NCBI GenBank assembly: GCA_019243475.1
Contig: JAFAUE010000442.1
Span: forward strand, 1-46,859
Direction of reading: 5' to 3'
From: Acidobacteriota bacterium
GTDB taxonomy: Bacteria; Acidobacteriota; Terriglobia; Terriglobales; Acidobacteriaceae
Length of the DNA: 46,859 nt
The translations under genes were made by a program, and so were the position numbers. Under the pieces are notes generated by a model. It was given only the letters and a program-made list of their open reading frames with translations. It was not told where the DNA came from and made no database searches. Below are positions 26,000 to 34,542 of the stretch, piece by piece; position 1 is the first letter of the stretch; every line of letters starts with the position of its first letter.

Positions 26000-27328
26000 A
26001 TGCGTTATCTACCCAAATCTCCCGCTGACCGCGAGCTGATGCTGGAAGAGATCGGCGTCCGCTCGGTGGATGAGTTCTTCAAAGCCATTCCCGGCGAGTA
26101 CCGGCTGAATCGCGATCTCAAAGTTCCGCGGCAGATGGCCGAATCGGAGATCATCGACTACTTCCGCGATCGCAGCCAGGAGAACGCGGCGGGCTACTCC
26201 GTCTTCCTCGGGGCAGGCGCATATCACCATTACCGTCCGGTCATCATCGATGCATTGGTGCAGCGCGGCGAATTTCTGACTTCCTACACGCCGTACCAGG
26301 CGGAAATCTCGCAAGGCACGCTGCAGGCGATCTTCGAGTTCCAGACGATGATCTGTGAGCTGACAGGCATGGATATCGCCAATGCTTCGATGTACGACGG
26401 CAGCACCGGCGCAGCAGAAGCCATCCTGATGGCGATGCGCGTTACCGGACGCGATCAGTCAGTAATCGCGCGCACGGTGCATCCCGAATACCGCGAGGTG
26501 ATCCACACCTACCTCCATCACCGCGGCATGCCCATGCATTTTGTAGGTTATGCCGAGGACAGCGGCGAAGTCGATCTGGATCAACTTGAACGAGCGGTTA
26601 CCGAGCAGACGGCATGCGTTCTGATTCAGAGTCCAAACTTCTTTGGCTCGATCGAGGACGTGGAAGCTGCCGCTGAGATGGCCCACCGCAAAGGCGCATT
26701 GCTCGTGGTTTCGATTGGCGAGGCACTCTCGCTGGGCATCGTGAAGCCTCCGGCGGCTGCGGACATTGTTTCAATGGAAGCACAGTCCTTCGGAGTGCCG
26801 CTCGGATTCGGCGGTCCCTATGACGGGGTTCTTGCAGCGAAAGAGAAATACGTGCGGCAAATGCCGGGCCGCCTGGTGGGCGAGACAAAGGACCGAAACG
26901 GGAAACGCGGCTACGTGCTGACGCTCTCAACGCGCGAGCAGCACATTCGGCGCGAGAAAGCTACTTCGAATATCTGCACGAACCAGGCGCTGGTCGCGCT
27001 GATGTCCACCATTTATATGGATGTGTACGGCCGCGAAGGCCTGAAAGACCTGGCCAAGCAGAACCTGGCGAAAGCCCACTACGCCGTGGGAGAGTTCGCG
27101 AGAAGAGCCAGGGTGCTCTTTCCGCGGGGGAAGCGATTTAACGAATTCGTAGTGCAAACCAAGGAAGATCCGCACGCGATCAACGACCGGTTGCTCGAAA
27201 AGAAGATCATTGGGGGATTCGCGTTGGAGAAGTTCTATCCCGAATTGGGCAATGCTGCCCTGTGGTGCTGTACGGAGATGAATTCTCGCGCGCAGATCGA
27301 TGCCGCAATTGAGGCGGTGCAGGGATGA
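26000..27328 (+). CDS. gcvPA: Glycine dehydrogenase (decarboxylating), subunit 1
   Basis: [48 protein letters not shown] overlap with the next gene. Confidence 0.92.
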   Translation: MRYLPKSPADRELMLEEIGVRSVDEFFKAIPGEYRLNRDLKVPRQMAESEIIDYFRDRSQENAAGYSVFLGAGAYHHYRPVIIDALVQRGEFLTSYTPYQAEISQGTLQAIFEFQTMICELTGMDIANASMYDGSTGAAEAILMAMRVTGRDQSVIARTVHPEYREVIHTYLHHRGMPMHFVGYAEDSGEVDLDQLERAVTEQTACVLIQSPNFFGSIEDVEAAAEMAHRKGALLVVSIGEALSLGIVKPPAAADIVSMEAQSFGVPLGFGGPYDGVLAAKEKYVRQMPGRLVGETKDRNGKRGYVLTLSTREQHIRREKATSNICTNQALVALMSTIYMDVYGREGLKDLAKQNLAKAHYAVGEFARRARVLFPRGKRFNEFVVQTKEDPHAINDRLLEKKIIGGFALEKFYPELGNAALWCCTEMNSRAQIDAAIEAVQG

Positions 27329-28863
27329 AGCCGAAGTCGCGCAAGGTCTCGCAGCACGTCACCCAGAACGAAGCGCTGATCTTCGAGAAGTCCTCGCCAG
27401 GAAAAAAAGCTTACCGTCTGCCGCCGCTCGATGTACCTGATGTCGATGCCGGGAAACTGCTAGGCGAGCAAGTGCGCGAGGACCTGGGACTTATGCCCGA
27501 GGTCAGCGAGATCGAGATTATCCGGCACTTCACCCGCCTCTCCACCTGGAATTATGCGATTGATCTCGGCATGTATCCGCTCGGCTCGTGCACGATGAAG
27601 TACAACGCGCGGGTAAACGAGTTCGTAGCAAGACTGGAAGGACTCGGCAACTCCCATCCGTATCAGCCGGAGAAGATCTCGCAGGGCGCGCTGCGCATCA
27701 TGAAGACGCTCTCGGAGTGTCTTTGCGAGATCACCGGCATGGACGTGATCACGCTTCAGCCTGCTGCCGGAGCTCACGGCGAATTTACCGGCATCCTGCT
27801 GATGCGGGCGCATCACGAGTCAAAGGGCAATCCGCGAAAGAAGATCATCATTCCCGATTCGGCACACGGCACGAATCCGGCCACCGCGGCGATTTGCGGA
27901 TACGAGATCATCAACCTCAAGTCCAGTGCCGAGGGCATGGTTGACGTCAGCCTGCTCGCCTCCTTGGTCGATGACACCGTAGCGGGCATGATGCTGACCA
28001 ACCCCAGCACGATTGGCGTCTTCGAAAAAGATATTCACCGCATCGCCGATCTGCTGCACGACAAAGGCGCCCTCCTTTATATGGACGGCGCGAACATGAA
28101 CGCGCTGGTAGGAAAGACGCGTCCTGGTGATTTTGGCGTCGATGTGATGCATTTGAATCTGCACAAGACCTTCTCTACGCCTCATGGTGGAGGCGGTCCC
28201 GGTTCAGGACCTGTGGCTTGTAAGAAACTCCTCGAGCCGTTCCTGCCGGCTCCGGTTGTGACAACGCGCGCGGATGGCAGGCTTGGCTTCGAGTACAACC
28301 GACCACAGTCCATCGGGCGGGTACGCGCGTTCTACGGGAACTTTGGCATGTTCGTGCGCGCGCTGGCCTACATCTTTGCCAACGGTCCCGATGGCTTGCG
28401 GCAGACTACGGAAGACGCCGTGCTGAATGCCAACTACATTCGCAAGAAACTGGACGGCATCTACGATCTGCCATATAAGACTGGGTCGATGCACGAGGTG
28501 GTCTTCAGCGACCGTCTGCAGACGCAGAACGGGGTAAAGACGGGCGACATCGCCAAGCGGCTGATCGACTATGGCTTCCATCCTTACACCACATCGTTCC
28601 CCCTGATTGTTCCCGGGGCGTTGATGATAGAGCCGACAGAGAGTGAATCAAAAGAAGAGCTCGACCTTTTCGTTGATGCCATGAAGTCGATTGCCCGCGA
28701 GGTGGAGGAGGATCCGCAGCTCGTGATCAGCGCGCCGCACGACACGCGAGTCGCCCGCATGGACGAGACGACGGCTGCACGCAAGCCGGTGCTCCGCTGG
28801 AAACCGGAGCAGACGAACGAAGCGCGACAAAGTCCCAAACCGGAATTGGTGGAAACGAGATAA
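27325..28863 (+). CDS. gcvPB: Glycine dehydrogenase (decarboxylating), subunit 2
   Basis: [10 protein letters not shown], and the PLP-lysine region [18 protein letters not shown]. Confidence 0.92.
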   Translation: MKPKSRKVSQHVTQNEALIFEKSSPGKKAYRLPPLDVPDVDAGKLLGEQVREDLGLMPEVSEIEIIRHFTRLSTWNYAIDLGMYPLGSCTMKYNARVNEFVARLEGLGNSHPYQPEKISQGALRIMKTLSECLCEITGMDVITLQPAAGAHGEFTGILLMRAHHESKGNPRKKIIIPDSAHGTNPATAAICGYEIINLKSSAEGMVDVSLLASLVDDTVAGMMLTNPSTIGVFEKDIHRIADLLHDKGALLYMDGANMNALVGKTRPGDFGVDVMHLNLHKTFSTPHGGGGPGSGPVACKKLLEPFLPAPVVTTRADGRLGFEYNRPQSIGRVRAFYGNFGMFVRALAYIFANGPDGLRQTTEDAVLNANYIRKKLDGIYDLPYKTGSMHEVVFSDRLQTQNGVKTGDIAKRLIDYGFHPYTTSFPLIVPGALMIEPTESESKEELDLFVDAMKSIAREVEEDPQLVISAPHDTRVARMDETTAARKPVLRWKPEQTNEARQSPKPELVETR

Positions 28864-28865
28864 GA

Positions 28866-28899
28866 GGCGTTTGAGTCTCGTCTCCATTTTCAAACGTCC
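28866..28899 (+). terminator. Hairpin after gcvPB (weak terminator candidate)
   Basis: GGCGTTTGA (28866-28874) pairs with TCAAACGTCC (28890-28899) with one bulge. No T-run follows. Confidence 0.3.
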
Positions 28900-28965
28900 A
28901 AACAACAGACTCGCTCGCACTCCCAGTGCGGAAGGCTAAAATCCGACCGAATTTGAAGAACCCCT

Positions 28966-29232
28966 ATGTCTGTTTTCGACGAACATAAAGAGGAACTCGA
29001 AAAGCACGAGTTCATGATGGGCAAAGCTCGTGGCAGACTTGCCGTGACCATGGACCTGCTCACTGACGCGCTGATCCTCGTAGGTCAGCACGGCGTTTAT
29101 TGCACCAGCAACCGCAATCCCAGCAAGCCGTCGATGGACCTGCAAACCGTGCTGAGCTCGATCGGCGGCGCCAAAGAACTCGTCTCGTCAGTTATGGAAG
29201 AATTACGGCAGAAGAACGAGTGTGCCGGTTGA
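28966..29232 (+). CDS. Hypothetical 88-aa protein
   Basis: Coding-like codon pattern (G/C-rich third positions). No clear SD and no family recognised. Its stop abuts the vapC stop. Confidence 0.45.
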   Translation: MSVFDEHKEELEKHEFMMGKARGRLAVTMDLLTDALILVGQHGVYCTSNRNPSKPSMDLQTVLSSIGGAKELVSSVMEELRQKNECAG

Positions 29233-29610
29233 TTAACACAGCAGCTTCAGGCCTGCAGCCATCGTGAACGCCTGAAAATCGCGGTCGCGAGTCAGAAGTG
29301 GAATGGCTCCATGAATGCAGGATTGCGCAATTAGCGCATCTCCCAGTCGAGCTTTGCGATTGCGCGCGAGAACCTTCGCTCGCAAACGGCCGGCCTTCTC
29401 CCAAAAATCCACGGCCAGTTCCACGAGAGGAATCTGTATAAGAAGCGTCACGATGTCGCTCGGCAGCTTTGGATCGCTAAGAAGCTCGGTCAAGACCGGC
29501 GGCGGCATGACGACCTGCCGTTCTGCCAAGGCGCGATCCAATGCTTCGACGTCCGGGCCCTGATTCCCTTCCAGGAAGGCGATCCAGGTACTTGTGTCGG
29601 CGGCTATCAT
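29233..29610 (-). CDS. vapC: Type II toxin, PIN-domain ribonuclease VapC
   Basis: MIAADTSTWIAFL (first acidic residue), ...LTELL..., ALIAQSCIHGAIPLLTRDRDF. 4-nt overlap with the upstream antitoxin gene. Confidence 0.88.
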   Translation of the reverse strand: MIAADTSTWIAFLEGNQGPDVEALDRALAERQVVMPPPVLTELLSDPKLPSDIVTLLIQIPLVELAVDFWEKAGRLRAKVLARNRKARLGDALIAQSCIHGAIPLLTRDRDFQAFTMAAGLKLLC

Positions 29611-29810
29611 CGATCGTTTTTCAGACTCTTGGCGCTTCGACTAAAGCGAACAGTCCCGCGCCGCCGCCGCAGCTCCGCGTAGGCCTGCGAGGCGGCTAAC
29701 AACTGCAAGCCTGTGCGCACGGTCTGTGTGACTCCGCTTCCCGTCGCCTGCCGGGCTTTATCCAGAAGCTCGTGAGGGATTTCGACTGTAATCTTGCGCG
29801 CCGTCTTCAT
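29607..29810 (-). CDS. vapB: Type II antitoxin VapB (ribbon-helix-helix-like)
   Basis: 67 aa, ITVEIPHELLDKARQATG..TQTVRTGLQLL. Genetic coupling to vapC. Confidence 0.8.
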   Translation of the reverse strand: MKTARKITVEIPHELLDKARQATGSGVTQTVRTGLQLLAASQAYAELRRRRGTVRFSRSAKSLKNDR

Positions 29811-29822
29811 TTTGTGAGTACT

Positions 29823-29856
29823 ATACCATATCCGATACCAGCATCTTAGCTGGTAT
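29823..29856. promoter_or_regulatory. Candidate VapB operator (three ATACCA half-sites including a perfect 8-bp inverted repeat)
   Basis: ATACCA at 29823-29828 and 29835-29840. ATACCAGC (29835-29842) and GCTGGTAT (29849-29856) are inverted with a 6-nt spacer. On the minus strand TATAGT lies about 9 nt before the vapB ATG and there is no SD, which suggests a near-leaderless mRNA. Confidence 0.4.
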
Positions 29857-29918
29857 GTCGTGATAACGGTTGCCCACCAGGCGAAACTTAAATTACCGCT
29901 GCCTGAAGGCTCGTCGTC

Positions 29919-30326
29919 TCAGTCCGGCAAAATGATCATGACTTCCGTGGATTTAACCAGGGCGGCGGCAATCATCCCTTTGGCCAGACGCATTTCTCGG
30001 GCGGCGTCCGCGGTAATAATGGATGTGATCTTCTGATCACCGATGCCCAGCGTAACCTGCGCTAGGAGGCCGTCGATTTTCACGTCCAGTACGCGTCCAA
30101 CGAGCTGGTTGCGTCCGCTGATTCGGCGGAAGCTCTGTCGGCGCTTGGGAATTGCGCCCCGCTTGCGTACGCCCGAAAGATACTTGTCGAGCTCCGATTC
30201 GGGAATGCGGTGATGCCCACCTGCAGTCCGAACAGTTTGCAGTTTGCCCCGATAGATCCACTGCTTGATGGCGGGATAGCTGATGCCGAGCACCTGGGCG
30301 GCGTCGCGAGGGGTGTAAAGCTTCAA
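29919..30326 (-). CDS. DNA-binding regulator: excisionase/MerR-type HTH fused to a single Mop/TOBE (molybdate-binding-type) domain
   Basis: YTPRDAAQVLGISYPAIKQWIYRGKLQTVRTAGGHHRIPESEL (excisionase-family HTH). ISGRNQLVGRVLDVKIDGLLAQVTLGIGDQKITSIITADAAREMRLAKGMIAAALVKSTEVMI (Mop/TOBE pattern). TTG start 5 nt after AGGAG. Confidence 0.8.
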   Translation of the reverse strand: MKLYTPRDAAQVLGISYPAIKQWIYRGKLQTVRTAGGHHRIPESELDKYLSGVRKRGAIPKRRQSFRRISGRNQLVGRVLDVKIDGLLAQVTLGIGDQKITSIITADAAREMRLAKGMIAAALVKSTEVMIILPD

Positions 30327-30330
30327 ACGA

Positions 30331-30436
30331 GCTCCTAAGCTGCTTAAGCGGTAAAGCTGCTAAACCGCGATTAAAGGTTGTAAACCAACCATTCGACGTT
30401 CGGCTTAGCAGCTTAGGAGCTTAGCAGCTCAGCAGC
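30331..30436 (-). promoter_or_regulatory. Structured leader with SD-sequestering long-range helix upstream of the HTH-Mop gene (also the msrA 3' region)
   Basis: 30331-30349 (contains the complement of the SD) pairs with 30403-30420 over 18 bp with one bulged T. Inner hairpins GCGGT/ACCGC and GGTTG/CAACC. A second copy of CTTAGCAGCT at 30420-30429 offers an alternative partner. Confidence 0.5.
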
Positions 30437-30906
30437 TAGATGTGACAATGGCTCAAACCCCGCTTTGCCAGATATTGTTGGTGGTAATCCTCGGCGCGAT
30501 AGAACGGGGAAGCCGGAGTGATCTCGGTGACAATTGGGCGGCGAAACTTTCCGGAAGCTTGCGCCTGCTCTTTCGAAGCGCGCGCTACCCGCTCCTGCTC
30601 CGCCGAATGGAAAAAAATTGCGGAGCGATATTGCGTCCCGATGTCGGGCCCTTGCCGATTTAGCGTTGTCGGATCATGCATCGACCAGAATGCGTCGACA
30701 AGCTGCTCATAACCGACCTTGGCTGGATCAAACTCTACTTGCACAACCTCGGCGTGACCTGTCTCGTCGGTGCAGACGTCTTTGTAAGTCGGATTCTGCG
30801 TGTATCCGCCAAGATAGCCGACCGTGGTCTGAATCACTCCAGGGATCTGCCGAAATGCCTCCTCAACCCCCCAAAAGCATCCGGCAGCGAATGTCGCTGT
30901 CTCCAT
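30436..30906 (-). CDS. msrA: Peptide-methionine (S)-S-oxide reductase
   Basis: [12 protein letters not shown] active-site motif, [31 protein letters not shown]. Confidence 0.93.
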   Translation of the reverse strand: METATFAAGCFWGVEEAFRQIPGVIQTTVGYLGGYTQNPTYKDVCTDETGHAEVVQVEFDPAKVGYEQLVDAFWSMHDPTTLNRQGPDIGTQYRSAIFFHSAEQERVARASKEQAQASGKFRRPIVTEITPASPFYRAEDYHQQYLAKRGLSHCHI

Positions 30907-30942
30907 AAGTGCTCCTAAGATCCATTGTAGCGAAGCCTAAAT

Positions 30943-31347
30943 TCACCGGTCCTTCAAACGAATCACGAACTTCAGTCCAGACCAGATCTCATCGACTGCG
31001 CAGACCTTCACGTCCACGAGACCCGCTTTTAAGCCCACTTCGCGGACGATATTCTCATCAAGATCGGTCTCCACGCCGGAAGACTTCTTAGGCCACGAAA
31101 TCCAAAGCATTCCCGCCGGTTGGAGCGCGGCGCGTAATTTCGGTATCTCGGTCCTCAGGGTTGAGCGGCTCTTGGTAAACACGTGGGCAAAATCGATGTG
31201 ATCGAGCTTTTTTACGCGCTCATATGCTCCGGCTTTTCCCAATTCGGCTTCGTAGCCTTGCGGGACGCCGCTGAACCAAACGCGCTGGCCTGCCTTTACG
31301 CCCAGTTTCTTGTGAAGCGGAGTGCCCGAGTAACCGGCTGTCTTCAT
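30943..31347 (-). CDS. DUF3052-like hypothetical protein
   Basis: MKTAGYSGTPLHKKLGVKAGQRVWFSGVPQGY matches my recollection of the DUF3052 N-terminus. TAAGGA RBS. Confidence 0.6.
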   Translation of the reverse strand: MKTAGYSGTPLHKKLGVKAGQRVWFSGVPQGYEAELGKAGAYERVKKLDHIDFAHVFTKSRSTLRTEIPKLRAALQPAGMLWISWPKKSSGVETDLDENIVREVGLKAGLVDVKVCAVDEIWSGLKFVIRLKDR

Positions 31348-31425
31348 ATGGCATCCTTACTGATTGCAGAATATTCGCGTCCGATATACTGCGGTCTTCG
31401 GAGTCTCTCGCGCAACTAGACAATC

Positions 31426-31875
31426 ATGGCCCTCATCGTTCGCTCTTCCGATATTCACGCCGCCGGCTGCTACACAACTGGCAACATTCGCAAAGGCGCA
31501 ATGGTGGTGGAATACACCGGCCCGCGCATTTCGAAAGAGCATGCGGATGAAATCTACGAAGGACGGGCGACCACCTATTTATTCGGCCTGCGTGATGGCC
31601 GCGAGGTGATTGATGGGCATGGGGTCGCCATGTTCATCAATCACTCCTGCGACCCCAACTGCGAGACTGACGAGATCGACGACCGAGTGTGGGTCATCGC
31701 CATCCGCGATATCAAAGCCGGCGAGGAGCTCACCTACGACTATATGCTTTACGATGGCGCGGAAAACGATCCTGCCCCCTGCTACTGCGGATCTAAGAAA
31801 TGCCGCGGCACCATGTATTCGCCCGAGGAAATCCGACGGCAAAGGCGGCTCAAGAACAAGAACGGGGCAGCCTGA
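31426..31875 (+). CDS. SET-domain protein-lysine methyltransferase-like protein with post-SET Cys motif
   Basis: GAMVVEYTG, TYLFGL, FINHSCDPNC, GEELTYDY, CYCGSKKCRG. Confidence 0.85.
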   Translation: MALIVRSSDIHAAGCYTTGNIRKGAMVVEYTGPRISKEHADEIYEGRATTYLFGLRDGREVIDGHGVAMFINHSCDPNCETDEIDDRVWVIAIRDIKAGEELTYDYMLYDGAENDPAPCYCGSKKCRGTMYSPEEIRRQRRLKNKNGAA

Positions 31876-31936
31876 GCGTACGCTACCCTGCGGAACGAAG
31901 ATCCATCACCTAATTGCCGTCCGGTGGGACGCAATT

Positions 31937-34534
31937 CTACTTTCCTGCCGCGCTCGACACTGTGCTGTGTTGCACTAACCAGCTTTGCAAGTCGGCTCCC
32001 TGCAGCTTTCTGAGATCAATGCAAGAGTTAATCCGTTCAACAGCCTGGCGCATGGTTCTCTCCGCGCCGGGCACGGGATGTACGCGGAAAAAGCCACTCA
32101 CCCGCGATACCGCATCAGCAGCGCAGAAGCTTCCCATATCTTCTACAAGGTAAGTATTACCAAAGCCGCCGACGAAGGTTTGCTCCACATCTCTCCAATG
32201 TGTCTCAAGGAATTTCCAAGCGCTTTCTCGAGCTGCCGGATTTCGTAGGAAGGTACCCAAATAGGAGCTCGCATCCTGATTGCGTATGGTGCCGGAGATT
32301 CCCAACTCCATGGCTTTTTGTACCAACTCAGGCTTCTCGAAACGGGAAAGAGCGTTCATGTAGCGCCTGCGCAGCGTTTGGTCGCTTGTGTTCTCCAGCG
32401 CCTCGGCAAGTTGATTGAAGAGTGCATCGTCGCCTTGACTGGCGGCGATAACGAGGGCGGGTCCGGCGGTGAGAGGATCGGCTGAATCTGGATCACGCAG
32501 CGCCTTCTGGGCTATATCGCGGGCTTGCGCGATGACTTCGCTATCGCGTCCGATAAGTCCAAGACGCTCGAACAGATCTGCCGCCAAGGTTTTTTGCTCG
32601 GGATCGCTGGAACTCTTGACCTCTGCGTACACGGGGCGCAGCACATTAAGCACAAACTGTTGGAAGTGGCTGCGCTCGTCGTCTGTGATGAGCTCGCGAT
32701 GCAAGTAGTCAAGGCTTTCCAGAACCGGATCCCATACGGCGCGCAGGCGTTCGCCCTTAAGCTGCGAAACCAGATCGAGGTACTTGCCGATGGGAAGTCG
32801 ACCGACCCGCATCAACGCCCATTGATCGCCCAATATGGAGATGCGCTCGGCAGGAAGCAAACCGCTTTCCAACTGTTTCGTAAGCTGGTCCTGTAAGTTG
32901 CGCTCGTATTCAGTTCGGTAATACCCATGGCCGTGTGCGTTAGCAAAGATCAGTGCACTTTGCGGATTGCCGGTCTCCTGCCCTCTGCTGGATATCAGTG
33001 AGCAATACTCGTTGCCCTGAGGCGTCACAGGGTGGAAGCAGACGGGAACATTCCAAAACTGCTGACTCGTACCAAGCAGCCCGCGGTCGGCGAACATGCG
33101 CTCCTGTGACACGGCCTTTTGGCCATTGTCCTCGGAGACATGCAGCAACGGTTCGCCAGCCTGCACCACGAAGCTCGACATAATCTTGTCCACCGGCTTT
33201 CCGGAAACTCTTGTCATGGTTGTCCAGAAATCCTCTGCCGTTGCGTTTCCGAATTCGTGAGCCTGTAGATAGGTCTGTACGCCTTTACGGAACACCTCGG
33301 GCCCAATGTAGTACTCCACCATGCGCAGCACTGACGCTGCTTTGCCGTAAGCGATTCCGTCGAACAGTTCGTTGATCTCAGCTGGAGTCTCCGCTTTCTG
33401 CCGGATTGGTCGGGTGTTCTTAAGAGCGTCGAAGCTCAGAGTGCGATTCGTTTCTGCCACCTCACCCAGTTCTTCGTGCCACTCAGGCTTCCATTTTGCC
33501 AATGGCCGAGTCTCCATCCAGCTGGCGAATCCTTCGTTGAGCCAGATGTTGTCCCACCATTTCATCGTGACCAGATCGCCGAACCACTGGTGCGCAGTCT
33601 CGTGGGCCACCACTACGCCCACTCGCTGATAGTTGTCTAGCGTCGCGACTTTAGGATCAAGCAGCATGTCGCTCTCGCGATAGGTGATTGCGCCGGCGTT
33701 TTCCATTGCGCCTGCGGCGAAATCGGGAACCGCGATCAGATCGAGCTTGCCGAATGGATACGGAATTCCGAAGTAGTCGTTGTAGTAGTGGAGTGCATAT
33801 TCCTCGGCTTCGAGGGCAAAGCGGGCATTCTGGACTTTGTCCGGAGTTGCGCAGGCCCGGATTGGGACGCCATCAGTCTCTCCGCTCAGGCATTGAAAAT
33901 CGCCGACGAGCATTGCCACCAGGTAGGTGGATAGTTTCTTAGTAGTGGCGAAGTGCAACGTGTGCTTACCGTCGCCGGGGCCCGGAATGTCCGATATCAG
34001 CTTTTCATTCGAGATGGCGGTATCGCCCTTGTCGACCACGAGAGTGATATCGAAGGTTGCTTTTTTGTCAGGCTCGTCAAAGCTTGGAAAGGCGCGGCGT
34101 GCGTCTGTAGCCTCAAACTGGGTGACTGCATAACGACGTCTCGCGGTTTGGCTGAGGTAAAAGCCGCTCAGCTTATTGTTCAGTGTTCCGTTGAAGACGA
34201 AGTGCAGCTTCGCCGACCCTGCTGCGATTTCATGCGGGGCGATGATGCTTGCCTGCTCACGGTCAGGATCGAGCGCGATTTTGGCCGTCACAGTGGAACC
34301 GTGACTTTCCACCGTAGCGGAGACGAACTTAAGTTCCGCGGCATTGAGCACGATGGTTGTAGCGGGCTTAGAAAGTCGGACGTCGATGATTTCATCGCCC
34401 GCGAAGGTGGCGTTTTGCAGGTCGGGAGTAAAGCTCAGCTGATAGTGCTCCGGAACCACTCCCTGTGGCAGTCGCTGGGCAAGGCCAACGTTCGGTAAAA
34501 AGACTGCGATGAAAACAAACAATAACTTCTTCAT
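31937..34534 (-). CDS. pepN: Secreted M1-family aminopeptidase (aminopeptidase N-like)
   Basis: GAMENAG exopeptidase motif, HETAHQWFGD...WLNEGFA zinc site. Signal peptide MKKLLFVFIAVFLPNVGLAQ from ATG 34534 with a GGAG RBS. The track ORF extends spuriously to 34762. Confidence 0.88.
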   Translation of the reverse strand: MKKLLFVFIAVFLPNVGLAQRLPQGVVPEHYQLSFTPDLQNATFAGDEIIDVRLSKPATTIVLNAAELKFVSATVESHGSTVTAKIALDPDREQASIIAPHEIAAGSAKLHFVFNGTLNNKLSGFYLSQTARRRYAVTQFEATDARRAFPSFDEPDKKATFDITLVVDKGDTAISNEKLISDIPGPGDGKHTLHFATTKKLSTYLVAMLVGDFQCLSGETDGVPIRACATPDKVQNARFALEAEEYALHYYNDYFGIPYPFGKLDLIAVPDFAAGAMENAGAITYRESDMLLDPKVATLDNYQRVGVVVAHETAHQWFGDLVTMKWWDNIWLNEGFASWMETRPLAKWKPEWHEELGEVAETNRTLSFDALKNTRPIRQKAETPAEINELFDGIAYGKAASVLRMVEYYIGPEVFRKGVQTYLQAHEFGNATAEDFWTTMTRVSGKPVDKIMSSFVVQAGEPLLHVSEDNGQKAVSQERMFADRGLLGTSQQFWNVPVCFHPVTPQGNEYCSLISSRGQETGNPQSALIFANAHGHGYYRTEYERNLQDQLTKQLESGLLPAERISILGDQWALMRVGRLPIGKYLDLVSQLKGERLRAVWDPVLESLDYLHRELITDDERSHFQQFVLNVLRPVYAEVKSSSDPEQKTLAADLFERLGLIGRDSEVIAQARDIAQKALRDPDSADPLTAGPALVIAASQGDDALFNQLAEALENTSDQTLRRRYMNALSRFEKPELVQKAMELGISGTIRNQDASSYLGTFLRNPAARESAWKFLETHWRDVEQTFVGGFGNTYLVEDMGSFCAADAVSRVSGFFRVHPVPGAERTMRQAVERINSCIDLRKLQGADLQSWLVQHSTVSSAAGK

Positions 34535-34542
34535 TAAAACTC

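Noticed and set aside
30331-30436. Calling the HTH-Mop leader a Moco riboswitch.
   Set aside because: The functional context is tempting. However, the element is shorter than the Moco motif as I recall it. It is built from repeated AGCTGCTAAGC words, and I cannot recognise the conserved Moco junction sequences.
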